Below, in pieces: positions 32,764-42,696 of a DNA stretch of 64,000 nt. A program made the translations under genes and the position numbers. Position 1 is the first letter of the stretch, and every line of letters begins with the position of its first letter. The notes under the pieces are model-generated. The model saw nothing but the letters and a program-made list of their open reading frames with translations, ran no database searches and was not told where the DNA came from. The DNA comes from an uncultured Planctomycetota bacterium (GTDB taxonomy: Bacteria; Planctomycetota; Planctomycetia; Isosphaerales; Isosphaeraceae): the NCBI GenBank assembly GCA_963845755.1, contig CAWJTV010000005.1:576001-640000 (forward strand), given 5' to 3'.

Positions 32764-34761
32764 ATGAGTGATAACGCCGGTCGCGCGTTGAACACGCATC
32801 GACCCCGAGGTTGCCTGGACGGTGGTGACCGACTCCCCGCTTAAAGGACTCGTTCTGGCCCGAGAGGCCGGCACGATCCTGGCATGGGACGAGGGAAATC
32901 AGCTCTATCTCCTGGACCTCCAGGGAGAGTCCCTCTCGTCGTCGCGCGTGCCGAATAAGATCCTCGCTGGTGCGATCAGTGACGAGGGAAGCCTGATCGC
33001 CCTGATTGTCGAAGCCGATGATGCTGGACTCCTGCTGCTCAACGCGGACTTCGGCGTGGAGCTAGAGCGTCCTGCTCCATCGGAGGCCACATTCGTCTCG
33101 ATCGACTCGCACGGCCGTTACGTCGCGATCGGGACGCGCCAGTCCGTTCTGCACCTGGTCAATCGTTACGGCAGGCCCGCCGGTCGAACTGGAGACCATT
33201 GAGCCCCTTTCCCACTTTCAGTTCCTGGCCGACCGGCCGATGGCGGTCGGTGCTGCCGCCTTCGGAATGCTGGTGGGCGTGGATCTGGAGTTCTCGCGAA
33301 GTGGAGATCGCCTCGAGACCGAGATCCTCTGGCACGATCGCTTGATGTCCAACGTGGGTCGGTTGGCCATTACGGGCGACGGCGCCATGATTCTGGCCAG
33401 TTGTTACACCCTCGGAATCCAGCGATTCGATCTGCAAGGCCGGAACGAGGGATCGTACCACCTGGGCGGAACGGTTACGCATGCCGTTCCTGACTTTCCC
33501 GGTCGAACGATTGCGGCAGCGACCCTTGAGGGTGAATTGGCGCTGATGAACTCAGCGGGGAACGTGCCGCTGGCGCACCCAACTGCTGCGTCCCATCATC
33601 GCCCTGGGGATTGATCCCCTGGGCCGCTACTTGATCTACGGTCATGCCACAGGCGAAATCACACGCCTTGACCTGTTCGCAAGCGGCTCGAGCCGGGCGA
33701 CGGCCCGCACTGTGCGGCGATCTTCTTCCGCGATGGGTTCGGCGACCCGCACGACATCGGGGTCGGTAAGGACTCCAGACTGGCTCGTTCCCGTCGTCGA
33801 GAACGATTCACACGCCGAAACCGCCGTGGTCGCCGTCGTGGATGACCCATCACTCATCGCCCTATTCACCAGCCCGCGCCGTCTCCAATTCTTCGACCCG
33901 ACCGGCCGGCTGCTCGGTCAGGGTCCCGATCTCGTCGGAGTGGGGCGTATGTTGCAGACGGCTCCCGGTTGGCTTGCCGCCGCGACCGATCGCCAGATAC
34001 TCCTCACCGACCTGCGCCACATGACGCATCGCATCCTCGATGTGAGCCTGGTCCAACTCACGCACCTCGCCATCCGTCCGGATGAGTTCGGTCTCGCGTT
34101 GGTGGAGGAGCGCGATCGAATCGGGCGGCTGACACCAGCCAGCCGCTGGGTCTGGAAGCGGGAGCTCCGGGAACCGATCGAAGAGCTGGCCATCGGGCCT
34201 TACGGATTCCTGGCGGTGACCTCTCACAACGGTCAACTGCTGATTTTCGACCCCGCTGGCGAGATGACAAGTTCCTTTACCTTCGATCCCAGCGACCCGC
34301 CCATAGTGATCGAAGCGCCCGAGGAATCCCCTCCTCAAGTGGCCTGGGTCACCCTGTCCCGACGATCGCAAGTGTTACGCGGGCATGACTTGCGCGGTAA
34401 GGTCCTTTGGGAGCGGCCCCTTCCCTGGGAAGGGTGGGCGCTCCACCGCCTGGGCCGCCTCGTCCTGGCGACCGCGGCCGACGGTCGCGCACTGGCATGC
34501 GACGGATCGGGCGAGATCCATGCGCCGTCGGGAGCCGCGAGCGATCCAAAAGATATGTTCGTCGTCGATCCGTCCGGTGTCCTACTCCGGCTCTCCCGGA
34601 GGGGAGCCCATCTCATCTGCTCGACGCTCGACAGCCGCGTGCGCTGGCGATGTGTCGTTGACCATGCGATCGGGCCACTGGCTGCGGGAATGTCAGGAGT
34701 GGCGGTCATGATCGGCCGCTCTCTCGCCTGGTTCCAGAACCAAACGACTGTGGTTAATTAG
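32764..34761 (+). CDS. WD40/PQQ-like beta-propeller hypothetical protein (frameshifts near 32790, 33186, 33568)
   Basis: Consecutive same-strand ORFs join by single indels; beta-rich repeats (IDSHGRYVAIG, IDPLGRYLIYG, GKVLWERPL). Confidence 0.7.
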
Positions 34762-34859
34762 GGGATTTACCAGTTCTGCGTAAGAAATGGGGTGCGGAGT
34801 GGCTAGCCGGCTTTCCATCTTCCTCTCATCCAATCGCGGATGCTTTTTACGCAATGAAC

Positions 34860-34916
34860 TTGAAATAATCGTTGCTCTGAGCTACACTGAACAAATTGCA
34901 GATATACGTAATGCAA
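34860..34916 (+). promoter_or_regulatory. Sigma70-like promoter with downstream inverted repeat
   Basis: TTGAAA-N17-TACACT (34860-34888); TTGCA-N11-TGCAA (34896-34916). Confidence 0.5.
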
Positions 34917-35087
34917 CCGAGAGCACGTTGTCGTCATTCTTCGATCAACCCCGATGAGTCACAGGCGATGCCCTCGCATCGCTCGAGCTGAGTTCCTGGA
35001 GGCGTGATCGCAACTCGCGTTTCATCGCGTCCGAGATCCTCTCCATGAACCAAAGGAGTGGTTCCGCATCTCAGCTTGGAGGTCTCG

Positions 35088-35540
35088 ATGGTTGAGTGTA
35101 ACTCCATACCGTTGTTCCAGCTCGGCTCCGAAAGTCGCATGAGTTTGCATAAATGTGGCGAAGAGGAAGCCCAGCGATTCAAGTGGATCGAGAGCGAGAA
35201 GGCCGGCCGGGATCTGGGCGAGACAGCGATCCGAACCTGGATTGGCCGGCACTGGAACGGATTCTTGCGGCATCGGTGGCTGGAGCATCTCCAGGGCATG
35301 ACGTTCTGGATCGAATTGGATCAAGGCGATTTTGGGCTGTTGCGCACGGCGTTCCGTGAATCCGCCCTCATCGATCCGATTTTGGACCACTTCAAGCACG
35401 GTCGGGAGAATCTCGACATCATCTTGTGGGCGATCAAGGATCGGCTCCCGCTAAACGAGGTCATCGAGATTCTCGAGGCGCTGGACGTCAACAGCCGGCG
35501 CATCGAGTGCCGATTCGATCCGCGAGGCAACCGAGTCTGA
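35088..35540 (+). CDS. Conserved-looking hypothetical protein (FKWIESEKAGRDLG motif)
   Basis: GGAGG RBS at 35078; typical codon usage; Trp-rich helical sequence. Confidence 0.75.
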   Translation: MVECNSIPLFQLGSESRMSLHKCGEEEAQRFKWIESEKAGRDLGETAIRTWIGRHWNGFLRHRWLEHLQGMTFWIELDQGDFGLLRTAFRESALIDPILDHFKHGRENLDIILWAIKDRLPLNEVIEILEALDVNSRRIECRFDPRGNRV

Positions 35541-35587
35541 GTTCCGTGGCCGGTCGCGTTCACTTCGAGGGTCTTCAGCCGCCCGAT

Positions 35588-37092
35588 TCAAGCGTCCGGG
35601 TCGGAAGACGGTCTCGTCGAGAGGTTCTCGACGAATTGAACGATCGTCCTCACGAAACACCCCGTGGATCCGATGTCGCAACCAGAGCTGTCCATGTCCG
35701 CCCAGCTCGGTCCGGCGATGTCGAGATGAATCCATGGCGTCGAACTCACGAACTGTTCCAAGAACTTGGCAGCGGTGATGGCGCCTCCCCATTTTCCACC
35801 GACATTTTTCAGATCAGCGACATGGCTCTTGAGTGATTCCTTGTAATCGTCGTCGAGGGGGAGACGCCAGACCCGTTCGCCTGTTTGACGGCTGGCCGCG
35901 AGGAAATCCTGGTAGAACGGTTCATCGTTTGTAAAGAGTCCAGCGACCTTGGTTCCCAGCGCGACAATGCACGATCCTGTCAGGGTGGCGAGATCGATTA
36001 CACGATGCGGCCGTTGCTCCACCGCGTAACTGAGGGCATCGGCGAGGATTAGGCGGCCCTCGGCATCCGGTATTTAAGATCTCCACGGTCGTGCCATTAC
36101 GGATAGTCAGTACATCGCCGAGTTTCATGGCCCGACCGCCGGTCATGTTCTCTGTCAGTGCGACGTAGCCCGTAATATTCACACGCAAGTCCAGCCTCGC
36201 GATAGCTTGCATGGCGGCGACTACGACGGCGGCGCCGGTCATGTCGGACTTCATGTCTTCCATCGAGGCGGCGGGCTTGAGACACAGGCCGCCTGAGTCG
36301 AACGTGACGCCCTTACCCACTAGCGCTAACGTTGGTGTCTGGTCCCCGCGCCGGTAGTCAAGGATCAGGAAGCGTGGCGGCTCTTCGGAGCCGGCGGCGA
36401 CCCCTAGCAGTCCGCCGAACCGCTCCCCTTTGATCCGATGCTCGTCCCAGGAGTCGACAGCAACGCCAGCCTCGGCGGCGACGAGCCCAATGCGCTCGGC
36501 CAGCGCTGTCGGCGATTTCTCTGCGGGCGGTGTATTGACCAGGTCGTGCGCGCAGGTTAACCGCTGCGCCGACAATCTCGCCACGGCGTGTACTATATAC
36601 GAGATCGTCGGTCTCGAGGCCGCCGGGCGGTATGATGAGATAGAGTGTACCGAACGCGTGACGATTCGGCTCGGTCTTGCGAAGACCCGGACTCCGCGTG
36701 CCAACCAAAGCCCCTTCAATCATCGCAGACGCCACACTCCGCGGGTCTTCCGAGCGCGGGACGACGAAAGCGACGCTCTCTCGGCGCTTTCCTGCGATCC
36801 GTTTGGAGGCGGTGAACGCTGCTGAGAACGCGACCCCTGCGTCGAACCGTGCCCAAGGCCCCAGGCCGACGAGAACGAGCGAACCGGCTTCGAGTCCCTG
36901 TGGCTCGTGCTGCACAGTCAGTTCGCCAAGCGAGCCAGTGACCTCTTTCTCGGCGCGGAGACGTTCCACCAGCCGGCCCGCGGCGGTTCCTTCCAGCTCC
37001 GGGGCAGGGTTTGCGTCGTTCTCGAAGACGCCCAGGACGAGCCACTGGGACTTGACGGTGACGATCGGCTGTCGGAGTTGTGTGATGTTCAT
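35588..37092 (-). CDS. pepA: Leucyl aminopeptidase, M17 (frameshifts near 36550 and 36068)
   Basis: DLVNTP, VGKGVTFDSGG, MKSDMTGAA, NTDAEGRL (across the shift), IDLATLTG, WIHLDIAG. Confidence 0.93.
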
Positions 37093-37356
37093 TCTGTTCT
37101 GAAGATCCCCAGTGACAGACCCGCGAAAAGCTGGCTTGGAGGCGATCACCGCAACGGCAGGACGTTGGTCGCAGAACCGCGCCTCCATCATAATCCACGA
37201 TGGATCATGATGGCAGAGGGTTTGACGCTGCGCCAACCCGGCTTGCCCTGTGTTCGTATGGTCGATACAATCCCCGCCGTTCCCGTCGAGCCGAATCTCA
37301 TTGAGGGGTTTCGTATCCCTCGTCGCTAGCACGCCCAGGTGCTGGGAGAACCAAGG

Positions 37357-37814
37357 ATGGTGAATTCCCACCGCGCCCGCCGCCTGGCGGCCTTCCTCCT
37401 TTTGTCGAGCATCGCCCTGTTCTCCGGCTGTGTGGTTCGTCGATACACCGTTCGCACTGATCCGCCTGGTGCGCTTGTCATCGTCAACGACGAGGCACTC
37501 GGACCCGCACCAGCCTCACGAAGTTTCGAGTACTATGGAGATCGCAGGGTCACGTTGTTGCTCGACGGATACGAGCCGCAGACCATCATCCAGCCGATCA
37601 ACGCTCCCTGGTGGGACAATTATGCGACCGAGTTCTTTACGGAGAACTTGATCCCATGGGTGATTCGAGATGATCGAGAGTACACATATAAGCTCGGTCC
37701 CGCCAAGTATGCGACAGAAGAGGCAGTGAGAGATCGTGCTGACTCGATGCGCAGCGAAGCTCAGATCCTTCCCGAACCCCGGCGGGGGGGATCCTCGGGT
37801 GGCTTGGATTCTAG
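37357..37814 (+). CDS. PEGA-domain lipoprotein (probable homopolymer frameshift near 37790)
   Basis: Lipobox FSGC; VRTDPPGALVIVND..G; adding one G in the G-run gives ...RRGGILGWLGF*. Confidence 0.75.
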
Positions 37815-37992
37815 GCTCGCGATTCCTTTGCGAAGATGTCATCACGCACAGGTTGTCAATCGCAGCCGGTTCGGTCTGGTGCGAGGTGAGGCGAGAAAAC
37901 TGGGATCTCTGCCTGATTTGGAACGAGCGCAAAGCCGATGGATGTGATACGGGTCTCCGAAGGGATCGGTCAACCGAACGAGGTAAGCCGAC

Positions 37993-38853
37993 GTGAAGAT
38001 CGTGGTGGCTGCCGTCCAGATGACCTCGGATCCGCTCGACGTCTCGGTAAACTTGCACCGAGCCGACGACTTGCTGCGCTCGGCGCACGGTGACGGGGTG
38101 GAGCTGGCAGTCCTGCCCGAGCTGTTCAACACCGGATATAGTCTTCGCCCCGATTATGGACCGTTCAGTGAGTCCGTTGAGGGCCCCACGATTACACATC
38201 TCAGTCGCCGGTGCCGGCGGTGGAGAATGGGGATCGTCGCGGGCTTCGTCGAGTGCGCGGACCGGCACCTTTATGACTCGGTTGTCTACTGCGGACCCGA
38301 CGGCGAGATTCAGGTCTATCGCAAGCGCAACCTGGTCTTCTGGGAGAGGTTTCGATTCCGACCCGGTCGATCGCCCCTGGTCGTATCGACGCCCTGGGGA
38401 CGCGTCGGCTTCGCGATTTGCGCCGACATGATCTATCGAAAAGTCTGGAATGACTATCGAGGCCGGATCGACCTGGCGATCGTTTCGGCGGCATGGCCGG
38501 AGTTCGCTGATCGGGATTCCGGCCGGCGGCATTGGCTGCTCGGCCACGTCGGGCCGCTGTCGGAGGCGATTCCCGCGAAGGTCGCGTCCGACCTGGGAGT
38601 ACCGGTGATCTTCGCCAATCAGTGCGGCGAGACACACACCGCAATCCCCGTGTTGGGCACCCGGATCAAAGATCAGTTCGCCGGCCAGAGCAGTATCTGC
38701 GACGGCCATCACGGGGCACCGGTGCGAGCCGGTAAGGAGCCGTCGCTTCTCGTCGCCCCGATTACACTCCACCATCAGCGAGGGCTGAAATCGTGGCGTT
38801 CTATGTCCCCCTTGGTCCCCGCGGCGTCCTGCTCCGGATCGGTACTTTCGTGA
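37993..38853 (+). CDS. Carbon-nitrogen hydrolase (nitrilase superfamily)
   Basis: E-K-C triad motifs LPELF, YRKRNL, ICADM. Confidence 0.9.
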   Translation: MKIVVAAVQMTSDPLDVSVNLHRADDLLRSAHGDGVELAVLPELFNTGYSLRPDYGPFSESVEGPTITHLSRRCRRWRMGIVAGFVECADRHLYDSVVYCGPDGEIQVYRKRNLVFWERFRFRPGRSPLVVSTPWGRVGFAICADMIYRKVWNDYRGRIDLAIVSAAWPEFADRDSGRRHWLLGHVGPLSEAIPAKVASDLGVPVIFANQCGETHTAIPVLGTRIKDQFAGQSSICDGHHGAPVRAGKEPSLLVAPITLHHQRGLKSWRSMSPLVPAASCSGSVLS

Positions 38854-38951
38854 TTGGTATCTGGGGCGGTCTGGTCTATGGATGGGCCTGCCGACACCGC
38901 ACGATGTCCGTTCCCAACCCTCTGCCCTTGACCATTCCCCTGCCCGACTGA
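38793..38951 (+). CDS. Candidate 52-aa single-TM protein absent from the ORF track
   Basis: GTG start after GAGG; MAFYVPLGPRGVLLRIGTFVIGIWGGLVYGWACRHRTMSVPNPLPLTIPLPD. Confidence 0.45.
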   Translation: MAFYVPLGPRGVLLRIGTFVIGIWGGLVYGWACRHRTMSVPNPLPLTIPLPD

Positions 38952-39111
38952 TACCAAAAGCGAGATCAGTCCACGGACGAATCGAAGCGACGGGTCGGCT
39001 GAACCACGCGAGCGGCATTCTCGGTTTGCAGTCGTCTTGACGACCCGCATGACGCCGTCGATCGAAGTCGGTCAATCGTCCAGTTCTGCGTCTCTCAACA
39101 GGGGATTCCGC

Positions 39112-41093
39112 ATGTGTGGCATCGCCGGTGCTCTGGACTTGCGCGGAAGGCGGGAGTTTCCCTGGCAGCGCCTGGAGTCGATGACAGGGGCGATCGCCCA
39201 TCGAGGACCGGACGACGAGCAATTTCACCTCGAGCCGGGTATCGCCTTGGGAGCCCGCCGGCTTTCAATCATCGACCTGGCCGGCGGCCGGCAACCGCTC
39301 AGCAACGAAGACGGATCGATCTGGGTTGCCTTCAACGGCGAACTCTTCGACTATCCTGAGTTGCGCGGGGTCCTGCTGGCTCGCGGTCATCGCCTGTTCG
39401 ACCCGCTGCGACACCGAAGCCTGGGTCCATCTCTACGAGGAATTCGGCGAGAGGATGTTCGACTCCGCCGGCGGGCAATTCGCGGTCTCGCTCTGGGATC
39501 GGAACACGCGAACATTGATCCTCGGCCGCGATCGGGTCGGCATCTGCCCTTTGTACTACACCGAGGTTGACGGCTGGCTGCTCTGGGGCTCGGAGATCAA
39601 GGCGCTCCTGGCATCGGGCATGGTCGCGGCGCGTCCCGATCCTCGCGGAATCGACCACCTGTTCACATTCTTCTGCGCCGGGACCTCGCGGACTTTCTTC
39701 GAAGGGATTTCCTCGCTGCCGCCGGGGCATTATCTGAAGGTCCGCGACGGGCAGGCCGTCAAGCACTGCTACTGGGACCTCGACTTCCCCGATGCGGGCG
39801 ACGAACTCCGGCCTGCCGATCCGGCCCCCCTGATCGAAGATCTCGAGTCTCACCTGCATCGCGCGGTAGAACGCCGGCTCCGTAGCGACGTACCGGTGGT
39901 CAGCTATATCAGTGGGGGGCTGGATTCGACCGTCGTCCTGGGAATCTGCAGCCGGCAGCGTGGAGGAACGATTCCCTCGTTCACGATCGGGTTCGACAAG
40001 GCTGGTCCGGATGAGCGAGCCCATGCGACGGAAGCGGCCGCGGTCCTCGGATCTCCACTGACCACAGTCACGATGGATCGCGAGGGGCTGGCCCAAACCT
40101 TCCCCGAACTGATCCAAGCCGCTGAGGGCCCGGTTCTCGACACCTCTTGCGCGGCGCTCTTGCGGCTGGCCCAGGCGGTGCACACACAAGGCTATAAGGT
40201 CGCGTTGACCGGGGAAGGGGCCGACGAGGCACTCGCCGGCTACGTCTGGTACAAGACCCAGGTGGTCCGTGATCGGGTGGAGCGCTTGATTGGTCCCGCC
40301 GTACCGCGCATGTTTCGCAAGGTTCTCATGGGCGTCGTGGCCGGTGGCCGTCCGCACTTGCCACCCCAGATGGCGATGGCCGGCGTGCGGCCGGCCCAGC
40401 AGGACCTCTATGAGTTGATCTCCCAGGCCAAGCCGTCGGTCTACTCGGAGGGCATGTGGCAGAGATTGGGCGACCACAGCCCGTACGACGACCTGGATCT
40501 CACGAATGACCGTATCGGCCGATGGCATCCGCTGAACCAGTCGCTGTACGTGGGTTACAAGGTCATGCTGGCGGGCCTCTTGATGATCTGCAAGGGGGAC
40601 CGCATCGCCATGAACGCCTCGGTGGAGACGCGCTATCCCTTCCTCGACGAGAACGTCATCGCGTTCTGTGCGGGGATTGCGCCAGAATACAAGCTCCGCG
40701 GTCGGACCGAGAAGTGGATCCTCCGCCAGGTGGCCGCTCGCATCCTCCCCGAGCGGATTGCGCGGAGGCCGAAGACGATGTTCCGCGCCTGCATGTCCGG
40801 GACCTTCCTGGGCCCGAACCGGCCTTCGTGGGTTGACCAGTTGCTCAGCCCCGATTCGTTGCGCTCCACGGGTTATTTCGACGTCGATGCCGTGGTTCGT
40901 CAACGAGCCTGGCAGGTCCGGATGCCGACGGATCACGCCCACGAGGTTCGTCTTCGACGTGGCGCTGACCTGCGTTGTCTCGACGCAACTCTGGCACCAC
41001 CTGTTCTGCGGCGGGAATCTTTGCGACCTCCCGACCTGGCAGCCGCCGGCGCGGCGGTCCGTCGTCGAGACCTCGGCCCCGGTCGGGGTCTGA
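39112..41093 (+). CDS. asnB: Asparagine synthase (glutamine-hydrolysing) family amidotransferase (frameshifts near 39398 and 40930)
   Basis: MCGIAG, HRGPD, RRLSIID, FNGE, SGGLDS, TGEGADE, ETRYPFLD. Confidence 0.92.
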
Positions 41094-41280
41094 TGACGGG
41101 TGAGACCTTGAACCTGTCGCTCCGCCGCGGCTACCATGATCCCGGTTCGGCTTCTCGGCCCAGGGAATGACGCTTCCACCGCGCTGCCTGGTAGGCACGC
41201 GCGCCGGAGGGTGCTCCGCGAGCACCGATTCCGGGCAATCTCGACCGATCGATGGCGGGAGCCGACGGGGAGAATTCGCC

Positions 41281-41799
41281 ATGGCACTTGTCAGCTACAT
41301 CTCGGACCAGGACGCCGCGGAGAAGGTCAAGCCGGTCTTCCAGGGCATGGAGAAAAAGCTCGGCGTGGTCCCCAACGTCTTCCGGGCTATGGCCCATAAC
41401 CCGGAGATGTTCGAGGCATTCCTGGCACTCAACGCCACGCTGCCGAAGACCCAGCTCGTGGGCAAGCTCCGCGAGCTGGCCTACATCAAGACATCCGAGC
41501 TCAACGGCTGCGACTACTGTCTGCATCATCACCGCGCCCTCGGCAAGAAGGCTGGCCTCAACGACCGTCAGGTCGCCGAGACCGCCGACTTTGAATCCAA
41601 CGACGCGTACGATGACCTCCAGCGGGACGTAATGCGATACGCCGAGCAGGTGACACGGCACATCAACGTCGATGACGTGCTCTTCGCTCGCTTGAAGCAG
41701 GCTCTCAACGATCGCCAGATCGTCGAGCTGGCCATGACCGTCGGAATCGCCAACTTCACCAACCGCGTTACGGAGACCCTGAGGCTGGAGTTGCCCTGA
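41281..41799 (+). CDS. AhpD/carboxymuconolactone decarboxylase family protein
   Basis: VPNVFRAMAH; RELAYIKTSELNGCDYCLHHH (CxxC). Confidence 0.9.
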   Translation: MALVSYISDQDAAEKVKPVFQGMEKKLGVVPNVFRAMAHNPEMFEAFLALNATLPKTQLVGKLRELAYIKTSELNGCDYCLHHHRALGKKAGLNDRQVAETADFESNDAYDDLQRDVMRYAEQVTRHINVDDVLFARLKQALNDRQIVELAMTVGIANFTNRVTETLRLELP

Positions 41800-41825
41800 C
41801 ACCGCAGGTGTCGAGACGAACTCAG

Positions 41826-41874
41826 GAATCGCGATTTCGGATTCCAGATTCGCGATTCTGGATTCTCGACTTCG
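41826..41874 (+). repeat. Seven degenerate 7-bp tandem units (GATTCNN)
   Basis: gaatcgc gatttcg gattcca gattcgc gattctg gattctc gacttcg. Confidence 0.8.
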
Positions 41875-41942
41875 GGCGTCTCCGAGATCCTCGTCCGGTA
41901 ATAGGGAAACCCCATGGATTTTGTTTGAGGGATTATACGAAT

Positions 41943-42692
41943 ATGAGTGAGAGTCAGAATGTGGCCGGCGCGGGGCCGTCCTGGGTCCCTCTTTCGCCTC
42001 GCGAACGCCGTGTCCTGGGGGTGATGGTCGAGAAGGCCAAGACGACGCCGGAAAACTACCCGATGACGCTGGCGGCGATCGTCACGGCGTGCAACCAGAA
42101 GACCAACCGCGACCCGATCACGAACTACGATCAGGACGACGTCGAGGACACCCTTCACAACTTGCGGAAAAAGGGAGCCGTGATCCTGGTGGAAGGAAGC
42201 GGCCGGGTCGCGCGTCTGGAAGTATACGCTGTACGAGTGGCTGAAGGTGAGCAAGGCCGAGTTGGCGGTCCTGGCCGAGCTACTGATGAGAGGTCCCCAG
42301 ACCGAGGGGGACCTCCGGGCTCGTGCCAGCAGGATGGAGCCACTACCGGACCTGCCGGCGCTCCAGGCCCTCCTGGAGGCGCTGGTCCCGCGGGGCCTGG
42401 TGCAGTACCTCTCGCCTCCGGGCCAGAAACGGGGCGTATTCGTCGCGCACGGCCTGTATCCTCCCGAGGAGCTGGAACGAGTTCGCCAGGCCTTCGCAGG
42501 CCGGGTCGTCGCTGAGGACGAGTCGCCTTCACGGTTATCGCCGGCGCGGGTCGAGCTGGCCGCCACGTCGGCCGCCCCGGGATGGGTGCCCGAGATCGCC
42601 GCGCTTCGCGCCGAGGTTCAGCACCTCCGGAGCTCCCTGGAAGCCCTCGCCACCGAAGTCCGCGAACTGAAATCTGCGCGCTCGGAGCGTGA
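41943..42692 (+). CDS. DUF480/YceH family protein (frameshifts near 42215 and 42678)
   Basis: ERRVLGVMVEKAKTTPENYPMTL..CNQKTNRDP; LLMRGPQTEGDLRARASRM; restored end LKSALGA*. Confidence 0.88.
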
Positions 42693-42696
42693 TCGC

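Noticed and set aside
38793..41093. Lasso-peptide cluster (small ORF + AsnB-like cyclase)
   Set aside because: AsnB keeps a full N-terminal Cys glutaminase domain, no leader peptidase or RRE gene is adjacent, and the peptide lacks a lasso leader pattern
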